A DNA stretch of 59,477 nucleotides, filler included, from Sphacelaria rigidula (GCA_964200075.2; 5 parts of 5 records of this genome joined end to end with filler, not necessarily neighbours in it), one strand, 5' to 3'; counted from the whole stretch's first letter, positions 36,753-50,266 are shown. Notes: generated from the letters alone by a model not told the origin. Numbers and translations are program-made.

Positions 36753-39700
36753 CACTGCCGTGAATACAAGAGGCCGCGCCCTGCTCCATTTGACGTCCAT
36801 AACGTTTGCGTTGGAGGGCTCGAAGGTGAAAACGGGCCTGAACAACAATGACCAGAGGCACAGGACCCCTCGTGCGATAAATGCCAGATAGAAGAAGAGG
36901 CCTCTCCGGTAAAGTGCACGCACGGAAACGTTCACGTCCGTCGTCGGTTCAGACGGCGGGGGGAAGCGAGGGTATTTCCCCTCTCTGCCGTGAGTCATAC
37001 GGTCTCTCGCAAGGTCCCTGTTCGTCAGGTTTAAAGACTGTCGTTCTTCTTCTCTAGGTAACTCAACGTTCCAGTACCCTGCTCTCGACATAGGACATTT
37101 AGGATCAGCATGGATGATGATCACATCGCTGAGGTGTATTATCAACGGGTCTGTTTTCCTTCCCCTCCCCGGAAATTTCCAGATGTTTTGGAGAAAAATA
37201 GTTCTTCGAAAAATATGAGAGCAGGTTTCTTCACCAGGTCAGGCAATGCATCATTTTGAGACTGGCTACGATACGATTTCTCCGAAAATCTGTCATCGGA
37301 CATTTCCCAGCAGATATCTCTTGAAAAAAGAGCCTGAAACAAAAAAACTCTCGGCAAAAGCCGAAAAATCTCAGGAAAACGCACCGTTACTAGGACCTCC
37401 AACACTCGGGTCAACTTCAACATGCACACCTTGGAAGTACTTTCATTTTCACATCACCTGCTCTGGAGAGTATTGTACAATCGAGCGCAACCGTCCGCGC
37501 CACACGAGAGGAGCAACGCCCTGTTGGCAACATCACCAGCAAGGACACGGGGCGGAGATATCGTCCGTGGATTTCATCATTAGCTGAAGTCGGTGTGGCT
37601 TTCGAAATCGGTCCCGTGAAAGTCGTGCTACAAAGCCCGGTGCGACTCAAATCGTGACTTGAGTGTCCAGATAATGCGTCTTGTCCACTCCAGACGAAAT
37701 GGATCGAACGCGCTCAGCTATATTATACACTCCCACAATATATCTCGTACTTTCCGCATAGCCCACTTGTTGTGCACGCCCAAAGCAATCCGATGGAAGG
37801 TACTCGAAGTCAGTGCCTGCTCGATTCTCGGGATGCCAGGTAATATTGCGCTAGGCAAATCATCGTGAAATTTCTACTGCGGGTGGTTCGCTCGCTAGCT
37901 TACCTGTGAAACGGAGAGCAGTCGATGGCGTGCACGGGGCCGTGATGATTCTCCATCCTGAATAATCCCGGCGACGGGTACAACCCGGAAGCCTCCAAGC
38001 GTGATCGGTAAATCGCGGAAGAGCGTGATTGGAAGATCGCGGACACGTCGACCTGCGGTAGGGGCGTTTAGGCAGTGGTGTGTTGCGATTGAAAATAACA
38101 AGAGCGCAGCGTGTTCAACCATAGATTTGGGGCGCCGGATTGGGGAGAACCTACCTCATCGGAAGTGTGACGCGTGAATTCTGCTGACAGTGCATGTACT
38201 ATGTGCAGGGGTGATGAACTCGCTCTGCAATTCATGTTCAGATTATGTGTGTGTTGTGTGTTGTCATTCCACCTATTCTGGACGCCGGTCTACACCTTTC
38301 GGTATATGTGGGCGCGCCAGCCGGGGTCACACAGGAGGAAGGACAACCTATCGTTTTTTGTCTCTTGTTTGTTTTGGTACTCCACCTTCCTTCTGCGATG
38401 CTTGCTCTTATTTTTTATCGCGAGGGGGGTTCAGCGATCCCTTTCCATCGTCGACCATTATGTCGAATTTTGTGCATCCACGACATAGTCGCTCTCCACT
38501 GTTGGGTACTGTGTGAGAAAAAATCCCAGATCGCTCCGAGATCCGAACCCGCAACCCTACCGTCAGAAGGTTTCGAGGCTACCAACTGAGCCACCGGGGC
38601 GGCAGGCCACGTATGTGCAAGCTTTTCAGGAGCTGGAATGTATACCTCTGTTCCCCGGGAATCCTTGACCGCACTCTCCACTTCTCGTACAAGCTGCCGT
38701 CTCCCTTTGATGGGAACCCGACTCAGCAACTCTTCCGCCTCGGGCGTCCATCGGAGGTCCTTCCATTCGTCCGCTTCTTTCTGTAAGGGGGACATTATGA
38801 CAGAGCCGGAACCACAACTGCGCATAATTTGTATCATCCTCCTTTCCCGTGGACGTCTCTTAGGTTCAAGGTTACGAAACTGTAAGACCAACCCTCATGG
38901 AACCAGGATCAGATGGCACTGAATGCCTTCAGCACTTTGAATGCGATCTTTTCTCGAGATCAGGGTTACCAGAGCAAATCTTTTGGAAGCGTTTTCCCGG
39001 GTTGGCTGAGGCGAAGCTAATGGTGAGGAGACGCACCCAAGCCAATTTTTCGTCTTGCTAATATTGGGTGATTGCACCTTCTCTTTTTCTCATTATTTCT
39101 TCTTGAAACGACCATTTTCACTACAAAAATCAGCTGTGAATATGAGAGTTTTATGCAGATGACGCGAAACAGCCACTATTTCCCTCTGCACGAACAGAAA
39201 ATTGGGCACACGATATCGACAGATAGCCGATAAAGAAACGAAGTTTCCCCTCATTTCGTCTGTGGAAAAAGGCGAACAACGCCTCCCGGACATATGGTGA
39301 TCCAGGAACCCCGATCCCAGGGAGGAAAACGCCCTCAAAGTACCGAAAATATCCTATTTCATGTGTTTATTTTTCGGCTCAACCATATTTCATCTCCTCT
39401 GCCTCCGACATGCATCAAACCTGTTCCCGCTCCTTGGCCATCTCCTCGTGATATGCATTTTCTACAAGGCAGAAACATGAATCAATCGGAATATCATTGA
39501 AAAAATCCTCCCACAAACACTTGTTCGGCAGAGGGAATGTCCATCGACATGAGGTCATCTCGTCAGCAGCAGCAGAAACGTTCGCTCTCAGTGAAACAGG
39601 TTTCTGTAACATGCGCACATCCCGGGGCCAAGCCCAAAAATCTTTCGTACTTTGTTGGCTCCTACTTTGAAGAGTTGAACACGGTGAACGAAGTAACACG

Positions 39701-42700
39701 TGGCTGGCGCAGTACTGCCATGCTTACGTCGAAGTTGTGTCATATCTCGGTCATCGCAGCTTTCACGCAGGGAAGTCGTCGAAGGTACATCAAGTCCAAC
39801 AGTTTGAACGCCCGACAGATCGCGTTACACGGGTCGATGAAACCGCGGTCATGACCAAAACGCCGCTACTCGTGTAATACGGGTAATTTTCTTCATTTTA
39901 TTTCATGATCCTACGCACAGAAAACCGTACCTCGGTCTATCCTACTGACTACCGCGCTCACCCATCCATATACAAAAACGCGACTACCCTGCTGTGTTGC
40001 CTTAAACATGTGTACCAACGAAAACGGAGAAAAAACAAGCGGTAACATCATTCGGCCACCAAAACGGCAAAATCTCTATTCCATCGACTCGCTATACTCC
40101 TGACACAAAGACGCACATACCTTAGTGGATGACACTAATCTGCACTTGACCACTGCTCCCCCTTCTGTGCCAACGACTGCGGAGGTCACGTGTCGTCCCT
40201 CCCTCAGGAACGACACCGAAGTGCAGCCAGCCTGGTTCATGCACGAGGTGTGGTGTTTTATACAACTAAGGGAGACTCCGTCAGAATATCACAACCATGA
40301 TTTGATTCTGAGATGTGTGTCCTTTTTTTTTTTTTTTTTTTGCACTTTGAACTCTTCCCCTTCCTCGGGACGAGTTCGTGGTCTCAAGGGATCAACCCAT
40401 CTATCCCCGGTAGTATACACAAGTCCTTATGTAGATACACTTTTGAATTGCACTTGAGGAATATGTAGTGTTAACCGCATCGAGGTTAATAGTTTCTGGC
40501 TTCTAGCTGTCTACCCTCTGAACAGTGACGGCAATCACCGGCAAACGGTGCAATGGAATGACTTTCCAACGCATAACCACAGATGCACGGGATTATTAGT
40601 ATGGGCCGGGAGATGGGCGCATACCTACGGAAAACGGACTTCACCGCTACATGAGAGCTTTTTTTAATCAAGAGAGTAGTGAGGAGTGTGTGCGCTGTCC
40701 AATATATCTCGGTGTGTTTTGAAGAGAAGCGAAAACACACAGAGTACTTGTGCAGATACCCTGTTGCAGGACGCTGTACCCGTTGTAATCGCTGATATCG
40801 GGCGGGTGCTTTTTCATGGGGCTTGAGGCGGTGACTATGTCCCCGCGGTGTCGGGTACAAGGTGGACATTACCCAGGACGGCTTCCAGAACGTTGCGAAA
40901 GCGATATTTGGTGTTTGGAATCCTCTCAAATGGGGGTGGCGCAGTGTGTGTGCGGGATCTTGCATGCTTGTGGTCCTCTCTTGAACGTTTTGCGTAGCGC
41001 TCGACTGACCATCCTGTAAACCATGACAGTAGCAACTGTTGATAATCTGTGCAAAGCCTCACGGATTCGGCGGACTTACCGCATCCCTGGACATTTCCAT
41101 TTTCACGTCCCACTGACGACGAACCCTTACTCGAGTACACAGAGAGTGGTGCAGTAGAACAACAAGTGCCAACAGTGTTACAGGGCTTGAACCCCTGCCG
41201 GTTGCTACCGCTGCATCCTTAGAGTGGAGCACAGTTTGTACAAAAAACGATCGTCAGGCAAGAAGTACGAGCTCCTTTCGTGTCCCACCTTTATTGACAG
41301 AAATGCCCTACCCTCTACGTTGTGTCTGTTTCCATCGTCAACTCCTCTTTGGGAATTCTCCACGTTGCTGGGCATAGTCCTGCTGTACGCACGCTCCCAC
41401 TTACCGCACGGGCACTTGCTGACGCAGACCTTGACCTAGCGCCCTCGTGCGGTCCTGACTTTCTCGCCGCCCCCGGCAGCCAGTACCCTTCCACAGGCCA
41501 TTGCAGATCGTTCTTCAGAGACCAGAACAGCAGCTAAATCCGTTGATATCGGTTGCACACACGATCACGGCGGCAGCGTAAAGCAGAACGCAAAGAATCT
41601 TCCCGTGGCGTCTTTATCGTACCATCCGTTTCGAGTACTATACGTGACGTGAGAAGAGCGAAACGGCGAACAAACTATTTGAGGGTTGGAACAAACAACG
41701 AGCATTAGAGGGAAGTGTTTCCAACCTTGGTCTGCGGCGAATCACCGGCCGACGTTTGTTGTTTCACAGCAGTTATTGGTACATGCTGCATACAGTACGT
41801 ACGTGCAAGACACGAGGTCAAGTGACAAAAGGTTATTTTGCTCCCGATCCCGCGAGACTGGAGATGGCTACCGGCACAACCATGGTTGCTGTGATCGTCC
41901 CGCTTGAATCCCCCCGCTCTATTTTGTAGTGCCACTTATTCTGCATCCGATTGGTTCGCAACATGAGGCCATTCGAGTTCCGCCGAAAAATACACGAGGT
42001 GATGGAAATGACAGTCCGGCAAGCATGCTGTAGTATGTATTTGTTTACCTTCCCGTCCCCAGATACAGCGGCTAATCGATAGTCACCGTCCTTCGCGCTG
42101 TACACCCAGGAGAGCTGCACAGAAAAAAATCGCAACGGGTAGGCGGTATGTGACGTGACCCTTTCATCGCAAAGCATGTGGGAATTATTCTCCCAGACAC
42201 ACTCGTATTGTCACAAATTTCATGAAACAATTTTTTCGCGAGATTGAGAGTAGAGGATATGATCGAGAGTGAAAATCGGTCAATTAGTGGATGTATCGTT
42301 TCAGTTCCGAAATGTCCCTCCCCGAGGCCGAATATGCTTTCTGTAGTAGCTTGCCACTGAGGCCCTTCATATCCCTGAGTAGGATATCGATGTGTAGCTG
42401 TAAACACACGCAAGTGGTGGAGGCAAAGAAAAGCACACACGGAATAAAAAAATACCCGCGTCAAAGCGAATGATCAAAGCCACTCTCAATCAGCACTCTA
42501 CTCTCAATCTCACGAAAACGTTGTTATAAGTCGTGTTTTGGATGAGATGAAGGGCTCCTAACTAACAATTCCAACCTCGGAAAATATTTGTACACCCCTA
42601 CCGTAGCATCCCTCATTCGGGGATTCAAAAATGGACCAGTTTCGCCGTCAAGGGTCTAGTTGCATCCAGGTGCCATGCATGCCACGCACCGTACCGCTGG

Positions 42701-45700
42701 AACATGTTCTGGCATTCAACACGTTAGGCCTGGCTCAGCTTGTGCCGTCACTCCCGTGCAGGTATGAGACCGCTCAGATGTATGTACATATATATATAGT
42801 GCCGTTAACACGCACCGCGGTGACTGGCTCTCGATGAAAAAGATCATCGATCTTGGTTGTTGCCAACAACGGCTCATCCTTTGCAATATCCCACACGATA
42901 ATCTGTCGACGCACAGCAGCAGCAATCACGACACGAACGAAGCATGGCCGAAGCATGGCCGAAGCATGGCCAATACGGGTGTGCATTTCGGTGAGCGACA
43001 CGGGAAGACGTACTCGCGCAGGAGACTCTCAGCATGTACCATAGTACCAACCGTGTCGGAGTCGGGAGGAAGCGATAGCGCTTGCGCTGCACCACCCACC
43101 GTTGAGCCACACAAAGCAACACTAGCACTTCGGGGCCGCTTGGCTCGCATCGAGTCACGACGGCACAGTCGTCTGTTCCTTGGGAATGCCGACGTGATAC
43201 AAACCATTGTCGCCCTTCGGTAACCGCTTGTTGTGTATCAAGGCCAGGGGGTCAACATTTTGTGCATGATCCTTACCTCGCCGTTGAAAGATCCAGCGGC
43301 CACAACAGCAGGCCTGACCGGGTGACAGCTGACGCACATAAGACAACTGGTACGAGAACCACATTGGCGTCGCCACGTGCGTGTGAAAAGAAAGAAGCGG
43401 GGGGGGGGAGGGGCATCGGGCGAGCGTAGGACCGAGGGGCGAAGAAACTAGCTTTATCGTGCTGGCAGCGTGGCTGAAATGAACGCAGGTATCGGACGGT
43501 CGCCGTTTCGGATTGTTCAAGGTTGAACGGTACCATTCTGGACGCATCCTCGTTCGCTTTTCAGCTGCTACAAAAGGGAAAATCTCGTGGTGGTATAATT
43601 GTTTTGGTGCCCTGCTATAATAAGAGCCGTTTCCTTCAGCCACACCGTCATCTTTTGGAAGAAGTCAAGACGTGAGTGACACATGTCATCACTCGCCCAG
43701 TTCAAACCGCATGCGCGTCACGCATGATGCACGACCACTGAACCGACACAGAATGCACCAGAAAATACACTCATCACGTGTGTGCTCATCAGTTGTCAGG
43801 CCAAGCCGTGATATGCGTGCTCTCATTGCTTCATTATGCGTCACATTTCGGGGAACACTTGCGACAATATCGCTGTCTTCATTCTCCGCCGTGGGACACC
43901 TGCTATGATCCAGCACCAAGTCTGGGGCGTGTTCCTGCTCCTCGCCGAACCCCCTTCGGAAGATATTCCACGTAGCAAGCGCTCCCGGCAACTCGCACCA
44001 CCCGACAATGTCGATTCTGTCCGGAGAAACAGAGCACACAAAGTCAGAGTCAAAGCAGCGAGCACATCAAAAGCCCTTCACAAAGCTTGATGTGGTAGCG
44101 ACATGGAGCTCGTGTACCGTCCCGTCACATCGAGAATACAAACCAAGTCATATCATAAGGATAAACGACGTTGCCGGGGCACGCCCGCTTCCGTACGATG
44201 AGCTCGATTCGAGAGAGCGGTTATACTCACTGCTCACACTTGTCGTGCCAATATCCACATTAGGGTCTGGGGGTGCCGGAAGCATGAATTAATTGTACCA
44301 GCTTACAGTCACGGCTTATCATGTCCTGCATTTAAACACAACTTCCAACACTGAGTCTAGCAGTCCTGATTGCTTGCTGCTCACGACCCAGACATACCGC
44401 ACCTAAACAGTCACGCGTTCTGCGCCTACTGCTGTCTTCTCATATCGTTTCATTTCGCCGCCAACACGGTTTGGATATAGCTGCACACCTGCCGAAGGAT
44501 GCCATCACAACGGAACCGGTCGGACTCCAGTCCACACCGGTTACTTGCAACGCCTGTCATCGGGGACATCGGACATCGGGAGACCTACGTGATGATGGCC
44601 GTTCAGTTGTTCCTAGCATATGCGTGTTGCACACCCCTCTGAATATCCACGTATAATCTACCAGCAGCACTACCCTTCTGGCACTCCCTACCGCACATAG
44701 CACTTCCGCGTTGCGGCCAAACAGCGGGAAGCATACCACATCGAGGGTCCAAGTAAAACATGTTGGATTGCAGTTGCCCTGAGCGATTGGTCTGATTAAT
44801 TACTGTACTGCTCCAGTGAAGGAAATATCACTGCGCAGCTCTGCGGAGCGCTGTGCGGGGCACTTGTGCCACATTCATTATTTCAACGAACATCTTATGG
44901 AATCCAATCTCAGAGCGGCTTCTCTTTTCGCAAATAAACACGATAGTCCGCAGCTCCGCTCACCTTGACATGCTTCGAGGAACTTTTTCCAATTCTGCTT
45001 GCCATGAGATTCGAGAGGTCGCACGACAGCGTCAAGTGCAGCGCGATGTTGTTACCCCCGCCTTCCTCTAAAGGGGTGTATCCAAGGAAGGCCTGAGAAT
45101 GCACCGAAACAACGCCGATCTCGACACATGTAGGGTGGGCCACGCTAGCGTGTTGTCAGATAGACACCCGTCTGTTTTCTGGCTCTGGGGTGGTTTCTAT
45201 GGCCAGCACTCAAACTGAGACCGCCGTGTACAACGTGTAACACTAGGTTCGATTTGCCCGCTTGTTGCGGTGTAGACCATGGCCTAAATCCGACGCCTGG
45301 GGCATTTAGTTTGTTGTGGATTCAGATCTGTTCCTTCAGTTTCTATCTGCAACACGCTAGCATGGCCTACCCTACATGTGTTGAGGTCGTATTGTAGCAG
45401 CGGTGTTACATGGGTCCACTGTTTTACCGGCGATGAACAGCGCCGTTCATCATCTGTGCCAGTAATCGCGAATCGAATCGCCCTTTAATCCATATAAAAA
45501 TACCAATATAGATACTAATACGATACATTAGGCTACACATTTTTCTGCAATTGCTGTGGCGTCAGCAAAACAATGTGTGAAAAAAATTCTCCTTCCGCGG
45601 AGTTTCTCAAAAGTCGCCCTTGCATGTTTTTCTCCGGAACGTTCACCCCCCATCAAAAGGTTAATACCAAGACATTGTCATGCATAAGGCAAAAAAAATG

Positions 45701-45898
45701 GGTAGCAAACGTCTAGAGATGGACGTGCTGGCTCTACACCCGCACCTGACTAGCGTCCGACCTGTCAAGCTCTTCGACCATCAGAGGGCCCGCTTGGATC
45801 AAAAACCGCTCGACACCTGCAGGCATGTTTTTCCAGTCGTCAAATCCCGAGAACGCCTCGGGGTCTGCCCTACCCTGGCTATCTCGATCTGTCTGTGT
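36753..45898 (-). CDS. WDR34: Cytoplasmic dynein-2 (IFT dynein) intermediate chain WDR34/DYNC2I2/FAP133, WD40 propeller; 13 exons, first and last exons not found
   Basis: Exons 45746-45898, 44964-45092, 44489-44553, 43900-44016, 43277-43346, 42816-42902, 42049-42114, 41405-41533, 40121-40231, 38646-38780, 37904-38052, 37458-37520, 36753-36837. All are AG/GT-bounded and phase-compatible: 1359 nt without a stop. Motifs: TQT; RFLIQAGPLMVEELDRSDASQAF; VTGVDWSPTGSVVMASFGR; ALATWNIFRR; CLMCVSCHPVRPAVVAAGSFNGEIIVWD; HREPVTALSW; VSGDGKLLFW; VGTEGGAVVKC; HHGPVHAIDCSPFHRALLLSCGADG; VKWSRARPLVF. These follow the order I recall for WDR34. Confidence 0.92.
38258..38601 (-). mobile_element. tRNA-derived SINE in a WDR34 intron
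   Basis: Minus-strand head GCCCCGGTGGCTCAGTTGGTAG (A box) ... GGGTTCGGATC (B box), followed by a ~270-bp body homologous to ~5500-5786. Confidence 0.85.
42510..42609. mobile_element. End of a MITE of the 4356-4602 family, intronic
   Basis: ATAAGTCGTGTTTTGGATGAG..AAGGGCTCCTAAC...GAAAATATTTGTACACCCCTACCGTAGCAT is the reverse complement of ~4356-4435. Confidence 0.7.
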
Positions 45899-47564
45899 CT
45901 GCGATACATCCCGGTGGAGGAGATTGGAAGAGGCGAGCATGTACGGGCACGAGTCCAAATGTCAGCAGCTGACCAAAACCCACAAGGGCACCCTGCATTG
46001 AGTCGGTTTTACAAAGTCCAGTGCCCGGATGTGTCGATTTTGGCGTGTAGACCTCCGATAAAGTAACTCAAAAAGAGAAAAAGTGCAAACTCCGCCATGA
46101 TGCGCGGACGTTCCCGCGATTTCAACACAATAACTACCATCGCATAGTCGCTGGAAATCCGGATCTATGTGTCCCATAGTAAAACTTTGTCCTAACCTTA
46201 CAAATTCTGGGCCGAGGAAAACATCAGAGTATTGTTGGCGAACGTTTGCTTCGTGCACACACAGAGCACCTCCAGAAAAATTGATGAAAAATGCCCCTCT
46301 GTATGGGGAAAGACGTGACGTGGATTTTCGTTCAGTACCGGCCTGTGGTAGGATCCTAAGAGCGTCCAAAAAAAAGGATGTCAAAGTGTGAAGGATCTGG
46401 CGGGATGAAATCTCCGAAGAAACAATCATGCCGGTGTTTTGGGGCCGTGTTCTTGCAGATACGCCGCATGATTTCGCACAAGTCTTGGTGTGTACTGCTA
46501 TCAGTTGTGTTCATCCGGTGAAGAGCTGAACAGCCACGGCAAGGGCGGAGCGTGGGTCGCAGGCGCTAGCCCTTGCCCATCAACACGCAACAGTCTCTGT
46601 TTGACGGAGAAATGTTCTGTATTGGAGGAAGGGCGGCCGCGTTCGTGTGTCATTTTACAGCCAAAAACCTGCCGTTTCTCACCCTTTGCGAGCGTGTGTT
46701 GTGCACGCTTCTCGCACAAATCATCCTCTATCATTGAATTCTGAACGGGGCTGTGTAACATCACGCACGATATGCTCAGCTGATGAGCAGCAGCTATGGC
46801 TCGAGCTGCGTGTTCCTCTTCGACCTGAAAACCGGATCGCTCCTTTAACAAAAGATCTTGGCGCACTTCTATGACGGTGGTATCGAAGCGACCGGTCACA
46901 GGCCGTTGGAGAGAAGCGACGAGTCTGGGAAAATTCTCCGTGATTTCTCTTCTCGCAATTGTATTGGTCGTAGTGAAACATCAGTGGTCAGCGACCACAA
47001 GGCGGCACATGGCGAGATCTGGCATGGACCTACCTGCACAACAACCACACAATCAGTTCTGGCGTCCACTGCCCACGACCAGATAAATCGTGGCCGGCTC
47101 GAGTGGTAGCTTTTGATCAGTTGAGTACGATGCGCTTCCATTGTGTGAATCTCGATCACGGCCTATACAAGAGATAAATATGTAGTTGGCACGTCCCATA
47201 CACGAGATAAATAAGCAGCGGAATTTGTTGCTACTAGAGATCTAGTTGCACAGGTTTCCTATACGAGCGTTGTTCGGAAATGGGTCGCGCGATTTTTCCG
47301 GCCAAGGGCTGTCTACAGGTTCTCATCCTGTACAACACTTTTTTACAGGTAACTACTGTACTTGAAAAGGTTTCCCATCCAGTAATTGCAGTAGTCTACC
47401 GGGAGCTTTAACCCTTTTTGGACCGGACCCCCACTAACACAGGGTCATGTGTTCGTGGAATAAAAAAAATAAGTCTTCGAGCGACCCACCCAATCACAGC
47501 GAGGCGAAATGTTTAGACCAGACCCGAACGACCAGCGCGGGGATTGTTGTCGGATGTGATGCCA

Positions 47565-47664
47565 NNNNNNNNNNNNNNNNNNNNNNNNNNNNNNNNNNNN
47601 NNNNNNNNTTAATTAATTAANNNNNNNNNNNNNNNNNNNNNNNNNNNNNNNNNNNNNNNNNNNN
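47565..47664. other. Artificial contig linker
   Basis: N44-TTAATTAATTAA-N44. Confidence 0.97.
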
Positions 47665-48004
47665 AACCTCATTTTTTTTTTCAACCCCACTTTAGAAAAT
47701 CGGCTGTTATGTTGTAAACGTTTTTTTTGTGTTGCACCCCTAACTCGAACAAACGTGTACACGATCGAGCGCACCGCGCACCAATCCGCGCTCCCTTCTT
47801 GTCTTTTCATTATTGATAATCATTATCCAAATATTCGTTTGTCTGGCCCTTCACCGTGCATAACGTTATTTAATTCCGAACGTTTGGTCGAAAATTCGTG
47901 TACAGGGTAATAGCTACTGCACACAATTTTGCATCAGAATCATGTACACGAGCACAGATCTACCACCGCCTTCCCCCTCCCCCGCCCGACCCTTTCTACG
48001 ACAG

Positions 48005-48228
48005 CCCCTCCCAAACAAGTGCCCGATTCGAGGAGGTCAAATATTAACGCAAATTGAAATGGACGAAGCCGAGCACAAAGAGCAGCTGGGGGTTCCCACG
48101 CTTGGGTTCGTTTTCGTCAATGTCGCCCATATGAGGCGCTTCATGCAGCCTGAACCCAAACATCGGGGGCTGTGTGACCATTTTCTTCGTGATACTTCTG
48201 GGCTGGTTTTCGGGAGGGGGGCTATCGT
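48005..48228 (+). pseudogene. Coding-derived fragment of an unknown protein, copy 1
   Basis: PLPNKCPIRGGQILTQIEMDEAEHKEQLGVPTLGFVFVNVAHMRRFMQPEPKHRGLCDHFLRDTSGLV follows a pyrimidine tract+cag. A paralogous copy lies at 51944-52150 (-). Confidence 0.45.
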
Positions 48229-49376
48229 AGAATGTGTCGCCTACAGTATCAGGGATAGGTCCAGTACGAGAGTCTTGAAACGAGAAACGAATCAGGGCTC
48301 ACACCAGTCTTGTGGGGGAGGTGGTTGGCGAAGTTACGATAGTGCGCGTGCGAGAAGCTGGCGTACATGCGTGCAGAATGCCAAGACGTTCCGCCACGGA
48401 TTATTCACGCACTTGGGGTTTGTGTCAAATACAAATTGTTGTGCAACGTACGTGACCGATTTTTTCTCGAGACCTGCACTCAATGCTTTTTCTCAGTCAC
48501 ACCGTACGGTTATACAGAGGAACAAGCACCACGTGACTGAACTGCAAGGAATTGCAGTCATGACTATATTGCCCTGTCGTAGTGCATCAGCACCGTAGCC
48601 GCATCGTCCGTCTCCTCCTCCTCTACAGGGCACCGGTCCAGCAGGTGATCTAATATCACTTGGTGGTTTATGGACTCGATGTAAGGTATTACGAACCTTG
48701 CGCCGTAGGGCAACGATATCCCCCCTTACACACCTCCCTTCATCCCCGCTCGCGCCGTCATGACCACGCGCTGTCGAAGGTATACGATTTCTCCTCGGGT
48801 TGGCAGGGGCTAGCAAACGATTCAATGGCGGTAGCTACATCTCGTACGAGGAGAATTCTCGCTATCCTTGGGGCTTACAGCAGTTGATTGGCCCCTATTG
48901 TTGAAGCTGTTGTATTGAAGTGCTTCCTAGGGCATCAGCGTTTCTCGCGGTCGAAACTATTGTGTTTGTTTATTGTCGCGGAGTGGTTTTGTCTCCTGTT
49001 TTCAAAGGCATAATCGGCCAAAGATGTTGGTACTATGGTCTTTGTCCATAGAACAACTCACTGTCAGCAGTGCTGGCTATTTCATCCGCCGCGTTTACTC
49101 ACCTGGTTCAAGGGGGAAAATGCTTCCGGAAAAAAACACGAAAAATCTATTTTAATATTCATCGATTGTTGCCACAAGCTACCGAAGCAAGTATGCTATG
49201 GTAGATGCAGCCTCCGGCTCTGCTGCCGCAGCATTTCATTATCCGTGTTGGGATTGGCTAGCTTTCCTTTCCTTTCCTTTTTCTCCCCTTCCTTTGCGTG
49301 GCTTTGTTTTATTTCCTGTCCACCAGTACATCTATTTTCTCGTGATTTCCACTTTCCTTTTTCTTGGAGAGAATTC

Positions 49377-49860
49377 AAGGGCAGGTCGGGTAGGGCATGT
49401 ACTTTTGAATACTCGGGTAATATACCCGGGTATTTACTCTACCCAACGTTCGGGTAGATTGGGTACGGCCTCACATCCCCGGCCCAAATTTTGGGTAGAT
49501 TGGGTACGACATCGAACACTCCATCCAATATTGGGTAAGCACTCCTAGTTATACCTGAGTATGAAATATTACTTGGATATGACTCCATTACTCTCCCAAA
49601 AATTTGGGTAGATTGTGTACGACCTCAAATACTCTACCCGATGTTGGGTAAGTACTCTCAGTAATACTCTCAGTAATACTTTAATATAGAGTATCACCTG
49701 GGTATGACCTCAATATTCTACCCAAATCTTGGGTAGATTGAGTATGACCTCAAATATTCTACCCAAAATTGGGGTAGATTAGGTACGACCTCCAATACTC
49801 TCCCCAATATTGGATAAGTCATCTCAGTAATACTCAAATATAGAGTATCACTTGGGTGTG
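49377..49860. repeat. Array of ~41-bp units with mini-hairpins TACCCAA-N3-TTGGGTA; probable DNA-transposon subterminal repeats
   Basis: GGGTAGATT.GGTACGACCTC-like units recur about five times. The array starts with AAGGGCAGGTCGGGTAGGGCAT, like the TIR at 1519. Confidence 0.7.
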
Positions 49861-49964
49861 ATCAGTAACCGTGACCGTTGGCGACTTCGTGACGTCATTT
49901 CACAGACTATGTCGAATATACGGGCGAACGGTGGCCATCAGTGATGGGTGACGTCACGTCACAA

Positions 49965-50233
49965 CAGTAGTGAATATCGAACAAACAAAAAATAAAGCGA
50001 TACGATATTTTCAAAATATCGACGTCAAGACGCCGATATCGATATTTTTTCGATACGCGGAAAATGACTCGATACGTAACAGTATTCGATACTGATACTC
50101 GATACAATACGATACGGCTGTATTGATAGAGACGCAGCTTGCAAGACCTCACGGTACTACATTGATACACCAGCAACCTCACCCGGAGTGGGTGCACGCC
50201 TGATTGCATGAAGGTACAGCAGCGCAAGTATCG

Positions 50234-50266
<33 letters not shown>

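Noticed and set aside
38520-38601. tRNA gene on the minus strand
   Set aside because: It has A and B boxes but no convincing cloverleaf, and it continues into a repeated SINE body.
40874-41013. Possible extra WDR34 exon on the minus strand
   Set aside because: The flanking exons already join in phase and match the family; this peptide shows no similarity.
45960-47564. Candidate first exons of WDR34
   Set aside because: Several AG/GT-bounded segments exist, but none gave a recognisable WDR34 N-terminus.
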